64,000 bases of DNA from Antedon mediterranea (taxonomy: Eukaryota; Animalia; Echinodermata), in assembly GCF_964355755.1 (NCBI RefSeq), contig NC_092680.1, positions 7,130,001 through 7,194,000 on the forward strand, read 5' to 3'. Each line of letters starts with the position of its first letter. Position 1 is the first letter of the stretch. The position numbers and the translations under genes are program-made. Under the pieces are notes generated by a model that did not search any database, was not told where the DNA came from, and saw nothing but the letters and a program-made list of their open reading frames with translations. Below, one piece after another: positions 1 to 12,000 of this stretch.

Positions 1-149
1 TGCATACAGTGTTACATGGATGTTGAACAAATTTTCAAAATTATTTTCGTTTTCATATTTATTATTATGTTCAGTGTTTTTTATAAATGAACCAACACAT
101 TTTTTTTAAGGCTTCGTTTTGTAGCTAATATTTAACACATAATACTTAC

Positions 150-1127
150 TTGAATCTATAGGATTTTTGGTACTATCATATGATCCTAACGATTTGTAAT
201 TATTTATATCAGTGATATTACGAGACACAGCCACAGCCACACTACAACTGTCACAGTTAAAGGATGATGGGAGAGTATTACAAACTGAGAAACTGTACTG
301 ACAGGATATAGCATTTTCTTCAGGACATTCATCATACTCATTTGTATTATAGGTCCAGTATTGAGCCCTAAATAGAAAAAGAAGGAAGTAAAAATACAAA
401 TTTTAAGTTCACATACTGTATTATACAAAAGTTTTGAAATATATCAAACCTCTTACAAGATTATCAGAATGATCCACCTGCTCTACCTCATAATGCATAT
501 CACCAGAAAAAGTTAAATACTAGGCCCTACCTTTAAATTAAAAGTTTATCGCAAATAGCTTGCACAATGCATGATAAAGGGTTTGGAGCAAACGTCACGA
601 CGCGTACGTACAAACAACAAATCATGTACGTACGCGTTGTGATGCTAGGCTATTACACTTATTAATATTATTAAAACACATAGATTTCCAACATTTATTA
701 TGATTTTATTATACATGAAAATTGAATAACTAATAATAATTAGCAATGGTATGATACATTTCGTATGATTCACACATTATTATAGTGGTAGGGCTTCCAT
801 GCTATTACTGCCTAGTACTAGTAGGCCTAGGCTAGGCTAGCTAGGCCTACTAGTAACTACCTAGTATTAAGGCTAGAGATAGAATACTAAATAGAGAAGA
901 GAGAAGCTACTAGATAGCCTGGCCCTAGTAGCTAGCTAGGCCTAGGGTAGGGAGGCCTAGCCTACTCACTTGGTTAAATTCTGAATATTAAAACCGTCAG
1001 CACCACAAATTTGTGTTTGTGAATTGGCAGAACTCCAACACAATAGCAGTATTATAATAAAACACAAATACACATTTACAATGTTATTTTGAGGCCCAGG
1101 CCTATGTCTAAACCTCCCAGCTTCCAT
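150..1127 (-). CDS. Signal-peptide protein with a probable mannose-6-phosphate-receptor-homology (MRH)-like domain; first two coding exons, gene continues off the left edge
   Basis: Exon 1127-970 (ATG at 1127, donor AA|GTGAGT, phase 2) joins exon 367-150 (acceptor TTTAG, donor A|GTAAGT) in frame: MEAGRFRHRPGPQNNIVNVYLCFIIILLLCWSSANSQTQICGADGFNIQNLTKAQYWTY...CQYSFSVCNTLPSSFNCDSCSVA...YKSLGSY. It has a hydrophobic signal peptide. The C-x-(F/Y)-x-L, Y-x-F-x-VC and SLG pattern resembles MRH repeats. The gene structure is solid and the domain call is inference. Confidence 0.6.
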
Positions 1128-1458
1128 CCTCGATCCCCTCTACGCGAAATGTGTGTCTGAGCTGTCTGCTGTTTGTAGTCCTCAGGTGTATCACATGACT
1201 TACTTTATTTACCTTGAGGCGTATTCGACTGGTCGCAAAACTACTTTTGCGATCAAGTTTTCCAGTCGAATAAAAGCCTCTTTGGTGGTTTAAATCGTTG
1301 GTGGGGCTAGTTTGTTTGTGTGTGGGGGGGTTGGTTGTTGGCCCTTCTCTTCTCCAAACGACAAAATATAAAGGATGGTGATAGCAAGGGAGTTCGTGAT
1401 ATCTTTTTCTTTGTTTCAGTAATAAAATTAGATCTAGGCTAGCCTAGAATCTTCTTCG
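1128..1458. promoter_or_regulatory. Putative bidirectional promoter and non-coding first exon of INTS14
   Basis: The minus-strand ATG at 1127 and a plus-strand donor CG|GTAAGG at 1459 lie about 330 bp apart. The donor can splice to the acceptor at 2037-2038 just before the INTS14 ATG. The region is locally richer in CpG. Confidence 0.5.
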
Positions 1459-1666
1459 GTAAGGCCAAAAATAAAATGATTTCGTAACCTATGAAACTCT
1501 CTAAATAGGCTAGCCTAGGGGTAGGGCCAGGGCGGCCCAACTAAACTAGCCTAGGCCTCTCTAGGTAGGCTAGGCCGCCGCCTGGCCCTCTCTCCCAGCT
1601 AGGCTAGGCCTAATGTCTGGCCCTCTCCCAGCTAGGCCTAGGCCTACTGTCTGGCCTAGGCTACTG

Positions 1667-1994
1667 CTGGTAGCACATTGGTGTGCTATTGAACCACATT
1701 GAACCCCAATTACAATAATGAACCACATCGAACCCCATCATGACGATTCACATATTGAACCCCAATAATGATGAACCACACACCGAATCCCATCCATCCA
1801 ATGAACCAGGTCCGACGAATTACCCCCATACGATGAGTCATGCTACGTACTTGCAACAAGCGCTGTATTGAGTAAATCGGCCTCCAGTCTCAAACACGGG
1901 CCTCTGGCAGAAAATCTGGAGAAGAGATGATGATGAGTAAAGCCCTGGGTCCGTGTGGACTTGTTCAATGGGGTGCGGTGTAGTAAATCGCCAG
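1667..1994. mobile_element. Degenerate repeat element with internal GAACC(A/C)CA tandem units
   Basis: About 7 imperfect GAACCACATTGAACCCCA-like units at 1690-1810, with a reverse-complement echo (TTCAATGGGGTG) near 1965-1976. Family not identified. Confidence 0.35.
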
Positions 1995-2047
1995 ACCACA
2001 AAATTAATATATTATTTCAATTCCAATTTGCAATGTAGGTTATCAAA

Positions 2048-5000
2048 ATGCCAACTGTTATTCTCCTTGATGTCTCTTTATCAATGACTAGAACTGCTAC
2101 AGATGTTGCTGGAGAAACGCTCTCAAGACGCCAGCTTGCGCACCATGGAATCTTGTCTCTCATTGATTATATAAGTAAAAATCAACGTCTTGAATTTGTG
2201 TCTTTAGTTGTCTTCTCATCATTGTATGAGATTGTTGTTCCATTCACAAGAAACTATGAAGAAATTGAGGTTTGTTTCTATTATACTATAGTGGTATATA
2301 TCCGGATATTATTGACTGGCTTAACACTAAATACTGTAGTTTAGTAAGCCCCCAGCCAAATTAAGCACCACAATTTATATTAAATCAACAACATAACATC
2401 TGCTTCTATCAGGAGTTGGTATGGTTTACAATGTACATCATAGAATGATTTCTATTAAGAAATTTGGCTGATAATATTGATAATGTGATGGCAAAAAAAA
2501 TAAAATATATATTTATCTAGCATGATTGATTGTTTAGACTGCTTTGGGAAAACTTGAAGATCATGATAAGACTTGTGTTGAGCCAGCTTTATCAGGGGTT
2601 CGAGAAATGGTATTGGATGAGTGGGGTGCTAATGCTACATGCCAGGTAAGACTCATTAATCTCTACTTATAGCACCTTGAAGTATGGAGACTCATGAAGC
2701 CGCAGCTTGTGTGTCCCTCATTACCTAACATTTGGACTGAACTTCCAGCATGGTCAGACATACAAATGTTTATTAATATTTATTTTTGTAATTTTATAAA
2801 AAAATATTTTTTATCTAGGTTGTGATGATAACAGATGGCAATGTTGGAGTAGGACAAGGGTCGTTGAAGTATTCTTTGCATAACTATTCCAAATCAGATA
2901 ATCGTTCATTTCCACTACCGTTCAACTTCCCAGCAAAACTCAATATTGTTCTCATTTCGAGTATTCCTGAGCTCCAACAAAAGAACACTCTTTCTATGTT
3001 TCAAAAACTTGTTGATATTAATAAAACCGGTGAAGTGTATGTGACGGATACTCCGTTGATCACGGCAAACGTGCAACAGACATTCACAAAAATGGCAACT
3101 GATAGTTATGCACCACATTACGCTAAGTTGCATTGTGGGAATATGCTGTCGTATGTAAAGCTACATCCTGCCCCATCTTCTGTGGAAGTAGAAATTGATC
3201 ACACAACAATTAAAAAGACAGTTTCTGATTCACTGCACATCTGTGGATTTCTTGACTCGACAGATGTTTCAAGCCCACCATCTACTGCCAGGCATCTAGT
3301 GCTGCCAGTGCCAAACAGAGGTTAGATTAATTTGTTATAAGTTGTATCCTGAAAAAGTGTACGATTGCTCTCTGAAAATAATGTTATAGATTTTGTCTCT
3401 TCTAATGCATCTGCCTGGCCATGACAGATTACATCTCATCAAGAAACTGTTTAGATATCTTGTACATGAACAAACAAATAAGAAAACATTCAGTAATTTT
3501 GAACTAGATTTTGTAGTCAAACCTCTCATTTTCTGCAGTAATACTGTACCCTAGTAATAGACTGCTAAAAACTCGTACTTTTTTCTCAATTTCTCATAGA
3601 GTTCAATAAAGTTGTGAGTGGAGCTGTTGACTCGGAAGATGCAAACAATTCAGAAGATGGCAAGACTCCATCCTTCTGTGTATTGTTGCATGGAAGCCTG
3701 AAAGTAGAGAATATGGTTGCTTTGGTACAAGTCAGGTATGTTGTTGTACAATTATTTTACTGCAGTTGCATGCAGGAAATGTTTTAACTTTATAACCTGT
3801 TAATGCAATTATTTAGCAAGCTTTTTTTCTTAGTTATTATACACACAGTGACTGCCTCATAAATGTTTACATTAAAACAACTAAAATCATTTTTTTCAGT
3901 TTACTGCATTTACTACAGTAGAATCCATAGCCTCTTAATAACAATAAAAATACAATTATATTATCACAGTAGTAATAGTAGTAGTAGTAGTCATTTTGAG
4001 TGAAGTTTGAAATCATTTGTATAATTTTGTGTTTGTTTTGTGCACTTTAAAGACAAATTTACAAATGTATGTTTTTTTCTTCCGTACAGTGAGGATTGGT
4101 ATGGAATGTTATATTCTTGGGCAGATAATAAGAAACGTTCAACACTAATGATGTCATTGTTTGAACCAGGAGACAATTCATTACCCTGGCTCGGCAAGTT
4201 TAGAAAATTAGGCCTAGCCAGAAGTAAGTTTTACAACCCATATCTATCATGAGTGTTCTAATCCCACAGTTTATTCTTTACATGACCTTTAACATTTGAT
4301 TCAAACTATTTCATTTAAAATTAATTTAAGTTTTATGTAAATTGTAAAGACAAAGTATACAAACAAAGTAGAATATATTTTGTACATAAGTACGTGAAGA
4401 GGTGAAAAATCCCAATTATCTCATTAAGATGCTTTAAGGCCAATTTACACAAATGAGCAGTAACTGTAAGTGGAAAACTGCGTAGCTTGTCCCACGTAGA
4501 ATAAGTATCTATCCTGAGCAGAAACCGCTCATCTGAAGCAGAAACCGTCCATCCGCAGTGTGTGTAAATGGTCATAAGGAATAACACTGTACATTGTATA
4601 TTTTTATTATGGTTACGTTGTCTGTTTAAATTTGCCTTTACTTGAAAAAAAAAAACACATTTGACAGCCTCTTTTGTTATCATGGCAGGTTTAGAGAATG
4701 ATCCATATGGTGAAGACGATAGCAAGACTCCTTTCCCATTGAATCCAACCACAAAGAAAAGCTACGCTACAAACCCAGTTGTATGGATAAAGCCTAGCGG
4801 TCTGCAAGCGGATGTTCAGAAAGTTTTACGATATGCTAGGAAGTTGCCGGAAAAAACAATCATTTTTTACAAAGTAGGTTACTCTATTTTATTTACTATT
4901 TTAAATAAATTATCTGATTTCTCAATAAGACAAGCAAAAATCAATCAATCAATCAATCAGAAAGGGACTTTTTTTATAAAGCTCTGTGTACACTATCAAA

Positions 5001-6271
5001 CTAGTTTGAAAAAAAAAGTGTGATGTGCCCAATATGTCAGTGATATGACATCATCGTGTCCATATATGGGCACATCACATTTTTTTTGTCATGTCAGAGA
5101 TTAAGAGCACTTGTGTTGACTTTGAGCAACCAAATGATTCTACTGTACCAGCGTTTGTACTGTGGGTTTCAATTGTATTTTATACAAGCACGAATGTGCA
5201 ATACTCGGGGTACAGCGAAAGAAGCTGTATACAGACGTATACAGTTAGAAAGTTAAAGAAAAATAGGTTTCGCCAGGGCTCGAACCGGGACCTTCTGCGT
5301 GTTAAGCAGACTTGACAACCACTATACTACGAAACCTCTTACATTGAAATTGTGGGTTACAGAAAGTTTTTTAATCCATTTAAATTACAAATAAATGGTA
5401 ATAAGCACAAAGCAAAATAAACATGTGTAAAAGTGATAATTATCGATTACACAAAATAAGTATTTTAAAAAATAATAATAAGATATACTGTGTATAATTA
5501 TCATATTGCGTATACAGTACTTTTCACCATAAAGTTTAAAAAAAAAGGTTTAGCCCGGGCTCGAACCAGGTACCTTCTGCGTATTGAGCAAACGTGATAA
5601 CCACTACGCCAAGAAGCCGCATATAACCATATAACTACATAACGCTGTGGTGTGTGTCACACATTGTGGATTCTTAATTAAACAAATTAATTAACAAAAA
5701 ATAAAAAATCCGGCTCTATAGCTTTGAGGACATGTCCATGTAGTATGTTCATGCCAAATCCCAGCTCAATACTACAACTAATAAGGGAGGAGTAGTACTT
5801 TAAAAATCGCACTTTTTACTCAATAGTGTCCAGATGGTGGAGGAGAAAATGAGTAAGTACTAGACTCGGGTACCCCGAGTAAAAAACTTAATAGTTGATT
5901 TCAAGTACTGTATTTATAATTTGTATAATATCACAGTCTCAAATGTACGTTTTATGGTAAATTATGATAAAAAGAGAGAATCCATACACTACCTAAGTAC
6001 CTTTGAGTACCTTTCATAAACTTTCATATTTTTGTTATTTTTATAGGAGTTAAACAGACTACGAAAAGCAGCTCTATCTTTTGGTATGATTGAATTACTA
6101 CAAGGATTATCTCGAATCATGGATCGGGAATGCCGGTTACTACCGGGAACGGCACATCCCGATGCTCTTCTCCAACTTACTCATGCATCAAAGGCTTTGA
6201 GAATGGCTATCGATCGCGGAATATCATATGAAATTGTTCCTCTCACAACAAACTTTGCAAAAAACACTTGA
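2048..6271 (+). CDS. INTS14: Integrator complex subunit 14 (VWA9)
   Basis: Exons 2048-2269, 2538-2645, 2819-3320, 3600-3735, 4090-4223, 4689-4873 and 6047-6271 are all GT-AG with consistent phases, total 1512 nt = 503 aa + stop. Diagnostic motifs: MPTVILLDVSLSMTR (vWA), VMITDG, PSFCVLLHGSLKVE, WYGMLYS, PYGEDD..PFP, VWIKPSGLQADVQKVLRYARKLPEK, FYKELNRLRKAAL, LLPGTAHPDALLQLTHA. Confidence 0.97.
4980..5104. mobile_element. PIF/Harbinger-like MITE family A, partial copy
   Basis: Left TIR AGCTCTGTGTACACTATCAAACT plus the internal GTGATGTGCCC...GGGCACATCAC palindrome shared with many other copies in the window. Confidence 0.75.
5265..5336 (-). tRNA. tRNA-Val(AAC)-derived sequence, probably a pseudogene
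   Basis: GGTTTCG TA GTATAGTGGTTGTCAAG TCTGC TTAACAC GCAGA AGGT CCCGG TTCGAGC CCTGG CGAAACC. Perfect 7-bp acceptor stem and 5-bp anticodon stem, anticodon AAC, B box intact, T5 run downstream. The D-stem is disrupted and the T-stem has one mismatch. Confidence 0.7.
5547..5618 (-). pseudogene. Second, more degenerate tRNA-Val-derived copy
   Basis: GGCTTCTTGGCGTAGTGGTTATCACGTTTGCTCAATACGCAGAAGGTACCTGGTTCGAGCCCGGGCTAAACC followed by T9. It keeps the Val-type D-loop (TAGTGGTTATCACG) and the B box, but the acceptor stem and anticodon are mutated. Confidence 0.7.
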
Positions 6272-9056
6272 AACTGTCATGCAAAAACAGTAATAAAAAC
6301 GCAATTGTTTTAATGGATAGTATTGGATGTACATCTGATTTGATCATAATAAAAAAATTGTTTATTAAAGTTTATTTATTACCCCACATCAGAGAGTAAA
6401 CAAGTTATAATACTAGAGGGTGCACTCCCTGTGCAATTTGTGTTAAAAATATATTAATAGTATTACTGTACTTAAATAATTTCAATTCGCTTATTCCGAA
6501 TGTAAAAACAATGAATTGAGGGAAAATGTTTTTTTAGAGTGCATTTTATAATAAATACAATATTACTGGAAAGTGACTTATTTTTTGTTTTAATCTTGAT
6601 TTAATATTATTGTACTGTATCATGCCATTAAACTAATAACAGCAACACGCACTCCACAAAAGACATGCATCAAAAATGTACTTTACTATTTGTATAATTA
6701 GCTAGATACCCACATTACTGAGAACACCTGTGAGTAATGTGCTGGCAGGTCTGTGCACCTTAAACTGCTGGTAAACGGAATGAATGCATATCTCCACAAT
6801 CATGGTAAATTGTCTAAAAATAGTTTATTCAAATGTTTACAGATGATACAAGGTTTAAATAACAATTTCAAAAGGATAAAACAAGATGGGATACAGAGAA
6901 AACTTTTGGTCACTTTTGACAAAAAATGTACTTTTATGTATTTAAAAAAACTGGAAATATGTTAATTATATTTACAAGTTTAGGTTATTGCTTGTACATA
7001 GTATATTGGACAATTTATAAAATACTAACAATGTAAATGAATACCAAAATAATTAAGTTTTAATTTGTATTTAAGTTTATGCTTTCAAGGTAAAAGTATA
7101 TACAAATCAGCTTACTGTATGAGAATATATTGTAATTGCAGTATTTTAAAAATGAATAACAATCTATAAATTACAACTTATAATAATTAAATATCTATAT
7201 AATAGAACACATGGAGACTTCCCTGAATAAGAGTTGGCAGTATATCTCCTCTTTAATCTATCCCAAGGGTGGAGTTCTACTGTGATTTTACCACTGAATG
7301 ATTATAAGAGAGTGGTCACTGAAAAATTATCGTCTAAACCATTTACATTCAGTAAATATAATAAAATATATATTATTTATACATACAATAAAAGTAAATT
7401 TACATCTACATGCAAGAGCATTAATTGGAACACAATGTTCACCCTGTTAAATTCCCATGTTATGTAGTTACCCAAGAATACATAATCAAATATTCATAGA
7501 TATATTGTTATACTTCCTAAATGAGTACACTGTACCAACAGCCAAATTCTAGCAGTAAGTTTACAGTAAGTTTGCATACAGGAGATGAAGAAGTTAATTT
7601 AACATATGAACGTGTATTTCGCCCATGTTGACCTTTGCGGTCTGCTAAATTATCCCAAAAGAAAGCTCGCTATTGTATTTATAAGTTAATGTTAGTACTG
7701 GACAAAAATCATGCCTTTTTGGGCTGGTAAAACCCTACACCAGGGATTTGTTCATTTGCCTACACTAGACAATTTGGCCTAGTAGTAGTACTAGGCCTAC
7801 CCGTCATTTTCTCATTAACAACATTTGCTATACAGTACAGTACTATAGTTTATCAATAATATATTACAATACAGTAGTTTCTTTTAAGCTATTTGAGTGG
7901 GTATGGTAATTATTCTAAATTTTGTGTAAAAATACAATCATTTATACAGTGGTCAAAGGTTTAAATTTTACAAGTCTTTTAGAAATATATACACAATATG
8001 AATGAGAAACTAACATATTCAACTCAAGTAACCAACTTCAAAGGTTTCAATTATACAAATACACTGTACTAATAAGGTGCTTTAGACCTAGGAATAGAAC
8101 AGGGACACATTTAAAGGTTTGGTACAAATACTGTACACTGTGATAATGGACATTTTCCACTGTAGTAAAGCAAGGTTGGCTATTTTATTATGAGTATATT
8201 TTAAGTGATTTATTGAGGCATTATCTTTGGATTTTCTGTGTGCTATATTAATCATCTGCATAGATTTAATTTCATTGCTTGTGAATTAATAATCTTGCTA
8301 TCAGCATAACATGTATTAAGTCATGTTCAACAATAACTTCCAAATTTAGAATGTTAATACTGTAGTATTGACAAAGGTAGTACAGGAATAGTATAAAGGT
8401 TGAAGGTTAAAGGTTATCTAATATGAGGAATAGGATTATGAAATAAATCTTTGGTTGAACATGCAAAACAGAAATATGCATGACAAAATACTGTTGAAAA
8501 CATTTGACCAATTACTGATAGTTCCCGGACGCACAGCTACTTTATAGTAGTTAATTACTAAATGCCTATTTATCATTTCAATACCTTATTTTTACACATA
8601 TATCTCATGGTGGTTGGTAGTGATCCCAATAAGTCTTTAAAATATTCTGGGTTACAACTAATAGCAAGGTGGTCACATCAACATCAACCAATTAGTGACT
8701 GTGAATTATAATGTAATTCTGTGACGTTATACTGGTATTCAATTGTTTCACAGTCATCTTTTACACATATTACTTGCATATTGTCGTCACATTTGCTTAA
8801 AACTGTTACCAAGTTAAAAATGTCTGACTAAAAAAGGTGTAAGTGCAAGATATAAGTACTGAAGTAATGATACAAGGAATTAAAGGCAAGGAAGTAAAAG
8901 ACAGAAAATACTGTAATATATAGAATATTTCAAATGTTTTCAAGGCACAAATATGAAGTATAAGGTTTGACAGTAGTTAATTATCACAATATATATAGCA
9001 ATTGTATGTTTAGAAACAAAAGTCGACACAAAATAAATAATCATAGTATCAATCAA

Positions 9057-12000
9057 CTATCTGTCCATCATCCTTTTCTTAAAACATTGTGAACAAAAAA
9101 AGTCATGTTCTTCTTGTCCATAAAATATACATCCTGGTGTCCTGCACTCTCTCAATCCTAATGGAGCAGATGTAACGCTTTTATACCCAGGGTTACTGCG
9201 TAGTCTATCGGTATTACCAGTTCTTATATCATAGCTTCTGGGCTGACCTTTGCCTGGTTGACCTTTGAACTGTACTTGGTCAAACACTTGTGGATTTAGG
9301 TCATCCTGCACACGGTTTCTGTTGAAATGCGGTGGTGGACGTGGATTTGACCGTCCTCCTTCGTAATGATGCCCTGGATTTCTAGCTGGAATCGGCCGGT
9401 CAAAGGATGGCCGATTTTGTTGTCTATATCCGTCATTAGGGGAATGTTGATTTGATTTTAATGCAGCGAGGTACTTTTCTACCTTTGAATATCTGTTATA
9501 ACCACCTCTCATGATGGGATTTTGTGGGCTTTTCATCACTGGATTTTGTGGCGGAACGACGGGGCCTCTATATTTCCTTCTATCAATCGGTGGTGTTACA
9601 CTACCACCATTTAAATAACGGTTTTCATGCGCTTGCATTTTTGCACGATCTCGTTTTTGCTTCCTCAACAAATCTTCTTCCATTTTGCGAGTATGTTCTT
9701 CTAAATAACGTTCTTGTGCACGTTCTAAATAATTTGCTATCATCTTTTGTTGAATGTCTGTGCGTTTATCATTCAACTTAGCAGCAACAATTATTGTTTT
9801 ATCATCTAAATCTGGAACCATTATTTGGTCGACACGCTCCGACTGTTGGCTAGCATTCGATGCCGTTTCTTTAAGAGTTTTCTTTTTTGGTTTGATATCA
9901 AACAAATTTAACTGTCTTAATCGTTTTCCTAAACCCTTTTTTTCTTTACCCTTTTTCACTTTTGCATACAATGGCTGCTCAGCACTATTATTTGAGTTTT
10001 CATCAGACGGAGTCCTCCGTAATTTTCCCTCCTCCTCTCCATACAAACTGGAATTTCCAGCCACTCCAGGAATTGGTACCCGAATGAGGTCGAGGTATCG
10101 GTGAAGAATATCAAGTTTTTCCGAATCTGATAACGAGAAGCGTTTAGATTGGTATGTGTTAGCGTTCTCATCTTTGGTCCATTTATAATTTGGTCCTGGA
10201 TCAATACTGAAGTGTATTGGTAATAATTGATGATCACAATCGGTAACAGGCACAGCAACTAAAAGAGAAAAAAACAATCAGTTTGTTTGCCTGACATTTC
10301 ACAATGCCTAAATGTTCCCATTTCAGGTTATTAATGGATGGTGGGTAGAGTTGTAATGGCCAATATGGTGATGGTGATGAATAGATACAGTATTTTGAAT
10401 GGACATTGATTTAATAGATATTTACATATATTGTGGTAGGAATTTGTTTATACTGAAACCTAACCCCTAAAGGGAACCGCAGTTCTTATGTTGTGGGAAG
10501 TGGTAAATAATACGGGATTGAGTTAATCTTGACAGTATGTGTACTGCTGTGTATGTTTTGTTGTAGCTTGTGTTGTCATGATTTTATACTGAAAAATGTA
10601 CTACTACTAGTACTATACTGGATATTTTCCTAATACAGTCGAATCCCTCAATACCAGATACTCTCTGAAAACCAGAAATTATCCCAATGCCCGACTTTTC
10701 TCAAGGTTCAAAAGGTCCATAATTCATTTTCATTCCGAATGCTAGACTTTCCAGAAAACTAGACATCTTTGGTCAGCCCAAAGGTGTCCGGTATTTGGAG
10801 AGTTGACTGTAATTAATAAATTAATTATTATAGAGCGTTGTTTATTTTAATAACCTAAATATTTTGGTTATTTTATTTAATAAAATACATATGTTATTTT
10901 TTTAGGATAAAATAGATAGATACAAACCTGGCAAATTAACTTCTTGAAGTCGTCTCTCGCCATGATTAGCTTCTTTATCAATATCCATTGGAACCAATGC
11001 TGAAAAATGTGCTGCGTCATATGTAAGCACTAGAGGTGTACGATGGCACTCTGAATTCATTGACTCTAGAGGGAGGTAGATACCACCAAACGGAATTGGA
11101 GCAAATGCTTCTCCCTTCGCATTTCTAAGTACTGTATCAGCTACAATAATGATTGGTCGCTTGATTACATGTGCAAGAACAAAGACGTGAAACTCCTCCA
11201 GACTCTCATATATCTCTTCGAAATCATCAAACTTTGAAGATTCAATATCTTCAGCTAAAGCTGTTAAACCGCTGGATAATTAAGAAGAAAAATGACTATT
11301 ATTGCATTTTATCATTATAATTGTAAAAAAATACATTTTTACCTATATGCACATCAATTCAATGTTTACTTTAATCTAATAATTCTGTACATTATGCAAA
11401 TCTCGAAGTCAATATTGGCCAAGTCACATCCAATAAGGTAAAGATTTTAAAATTTGAGTCAATTATAATTTGAATAACTACTGCAACGGCAGGGAGCTAA
11501 GGTAATTGGTCAGATGTTTTGTCCTAAATTACATAAACTGTACAGTATTTAATATTAAGTACATATCAAAGCAAAACTTTGGGTGGAATTTGAACCCACG
11601 ACCTCCAGATCACTGGCCTCCAGTCCAGTGACTGGTGATGTTGAACCATGTTGCTGGTCAAACCTAACCTTGATGTACAAGAGCTTAATCACAAGAATAG
11701 TACACTCAGCAAATTCCTATTTATTACTTATGAATTTTGCCTGTGGTATGAGATAAGACTTTTGACAAGGTCTTAGAACTTTAATCTGAGAATGGCTTAA
11801 GTCTAGCAAAAGCCTCCTTATATTACAGTCCGCCGCCTTAGGGCTAAAAAGAGTTTAATGTGAACCAGGTTGCTTGACCAATGCCGGTTTTTTTTACTCA
11901 TAATAAAACCAGTTTTTCTCATTTTGGTGATGGAGACTCAAGGTTTTTAAAACAGAATATTTGTGTGTTTTTTTTTGTAATGACATAATTTCTGTTGGCT

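Larger units (their letters stand above)
5184..5886 (-). mobile_element. Non-autonomous Helentron (DINE-1/HINE-like) element carrying two tRNA-Val-derived sequences
   Basis: 12-bp subterminal inverted repeats TACTCGGGGTAC (5202-5213) and GTACCCCGAGTA (5870-5881). On the minus strand the element starts in a T-run, its 5' subTIR is overlapped by a partial inverted copy (ACTCGGG-tac-CCCGAGT) then CTAG, and its 3' subTIR is followed by a GCAC-ATTC-GTGC stem-loop and TTGT. This is the DINE-1/HINE layout. Confidence 0.75.

Noticed and set aside
5265-5618. Functional tRNA-Val gene pair
   Set aside because: The D-stem is broken in copy 1, the acceptor stem and anticodon are mutated in copy 2, and both lie within a transposon. 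Treated as tRNA-derived.
9524-10258. ORFs 9524-9781, 9754-10104 and 9956-10258
   Set aside because: Antisense or alternative-frame shadows of the OTUD7 last exon with no recognisable protein features.
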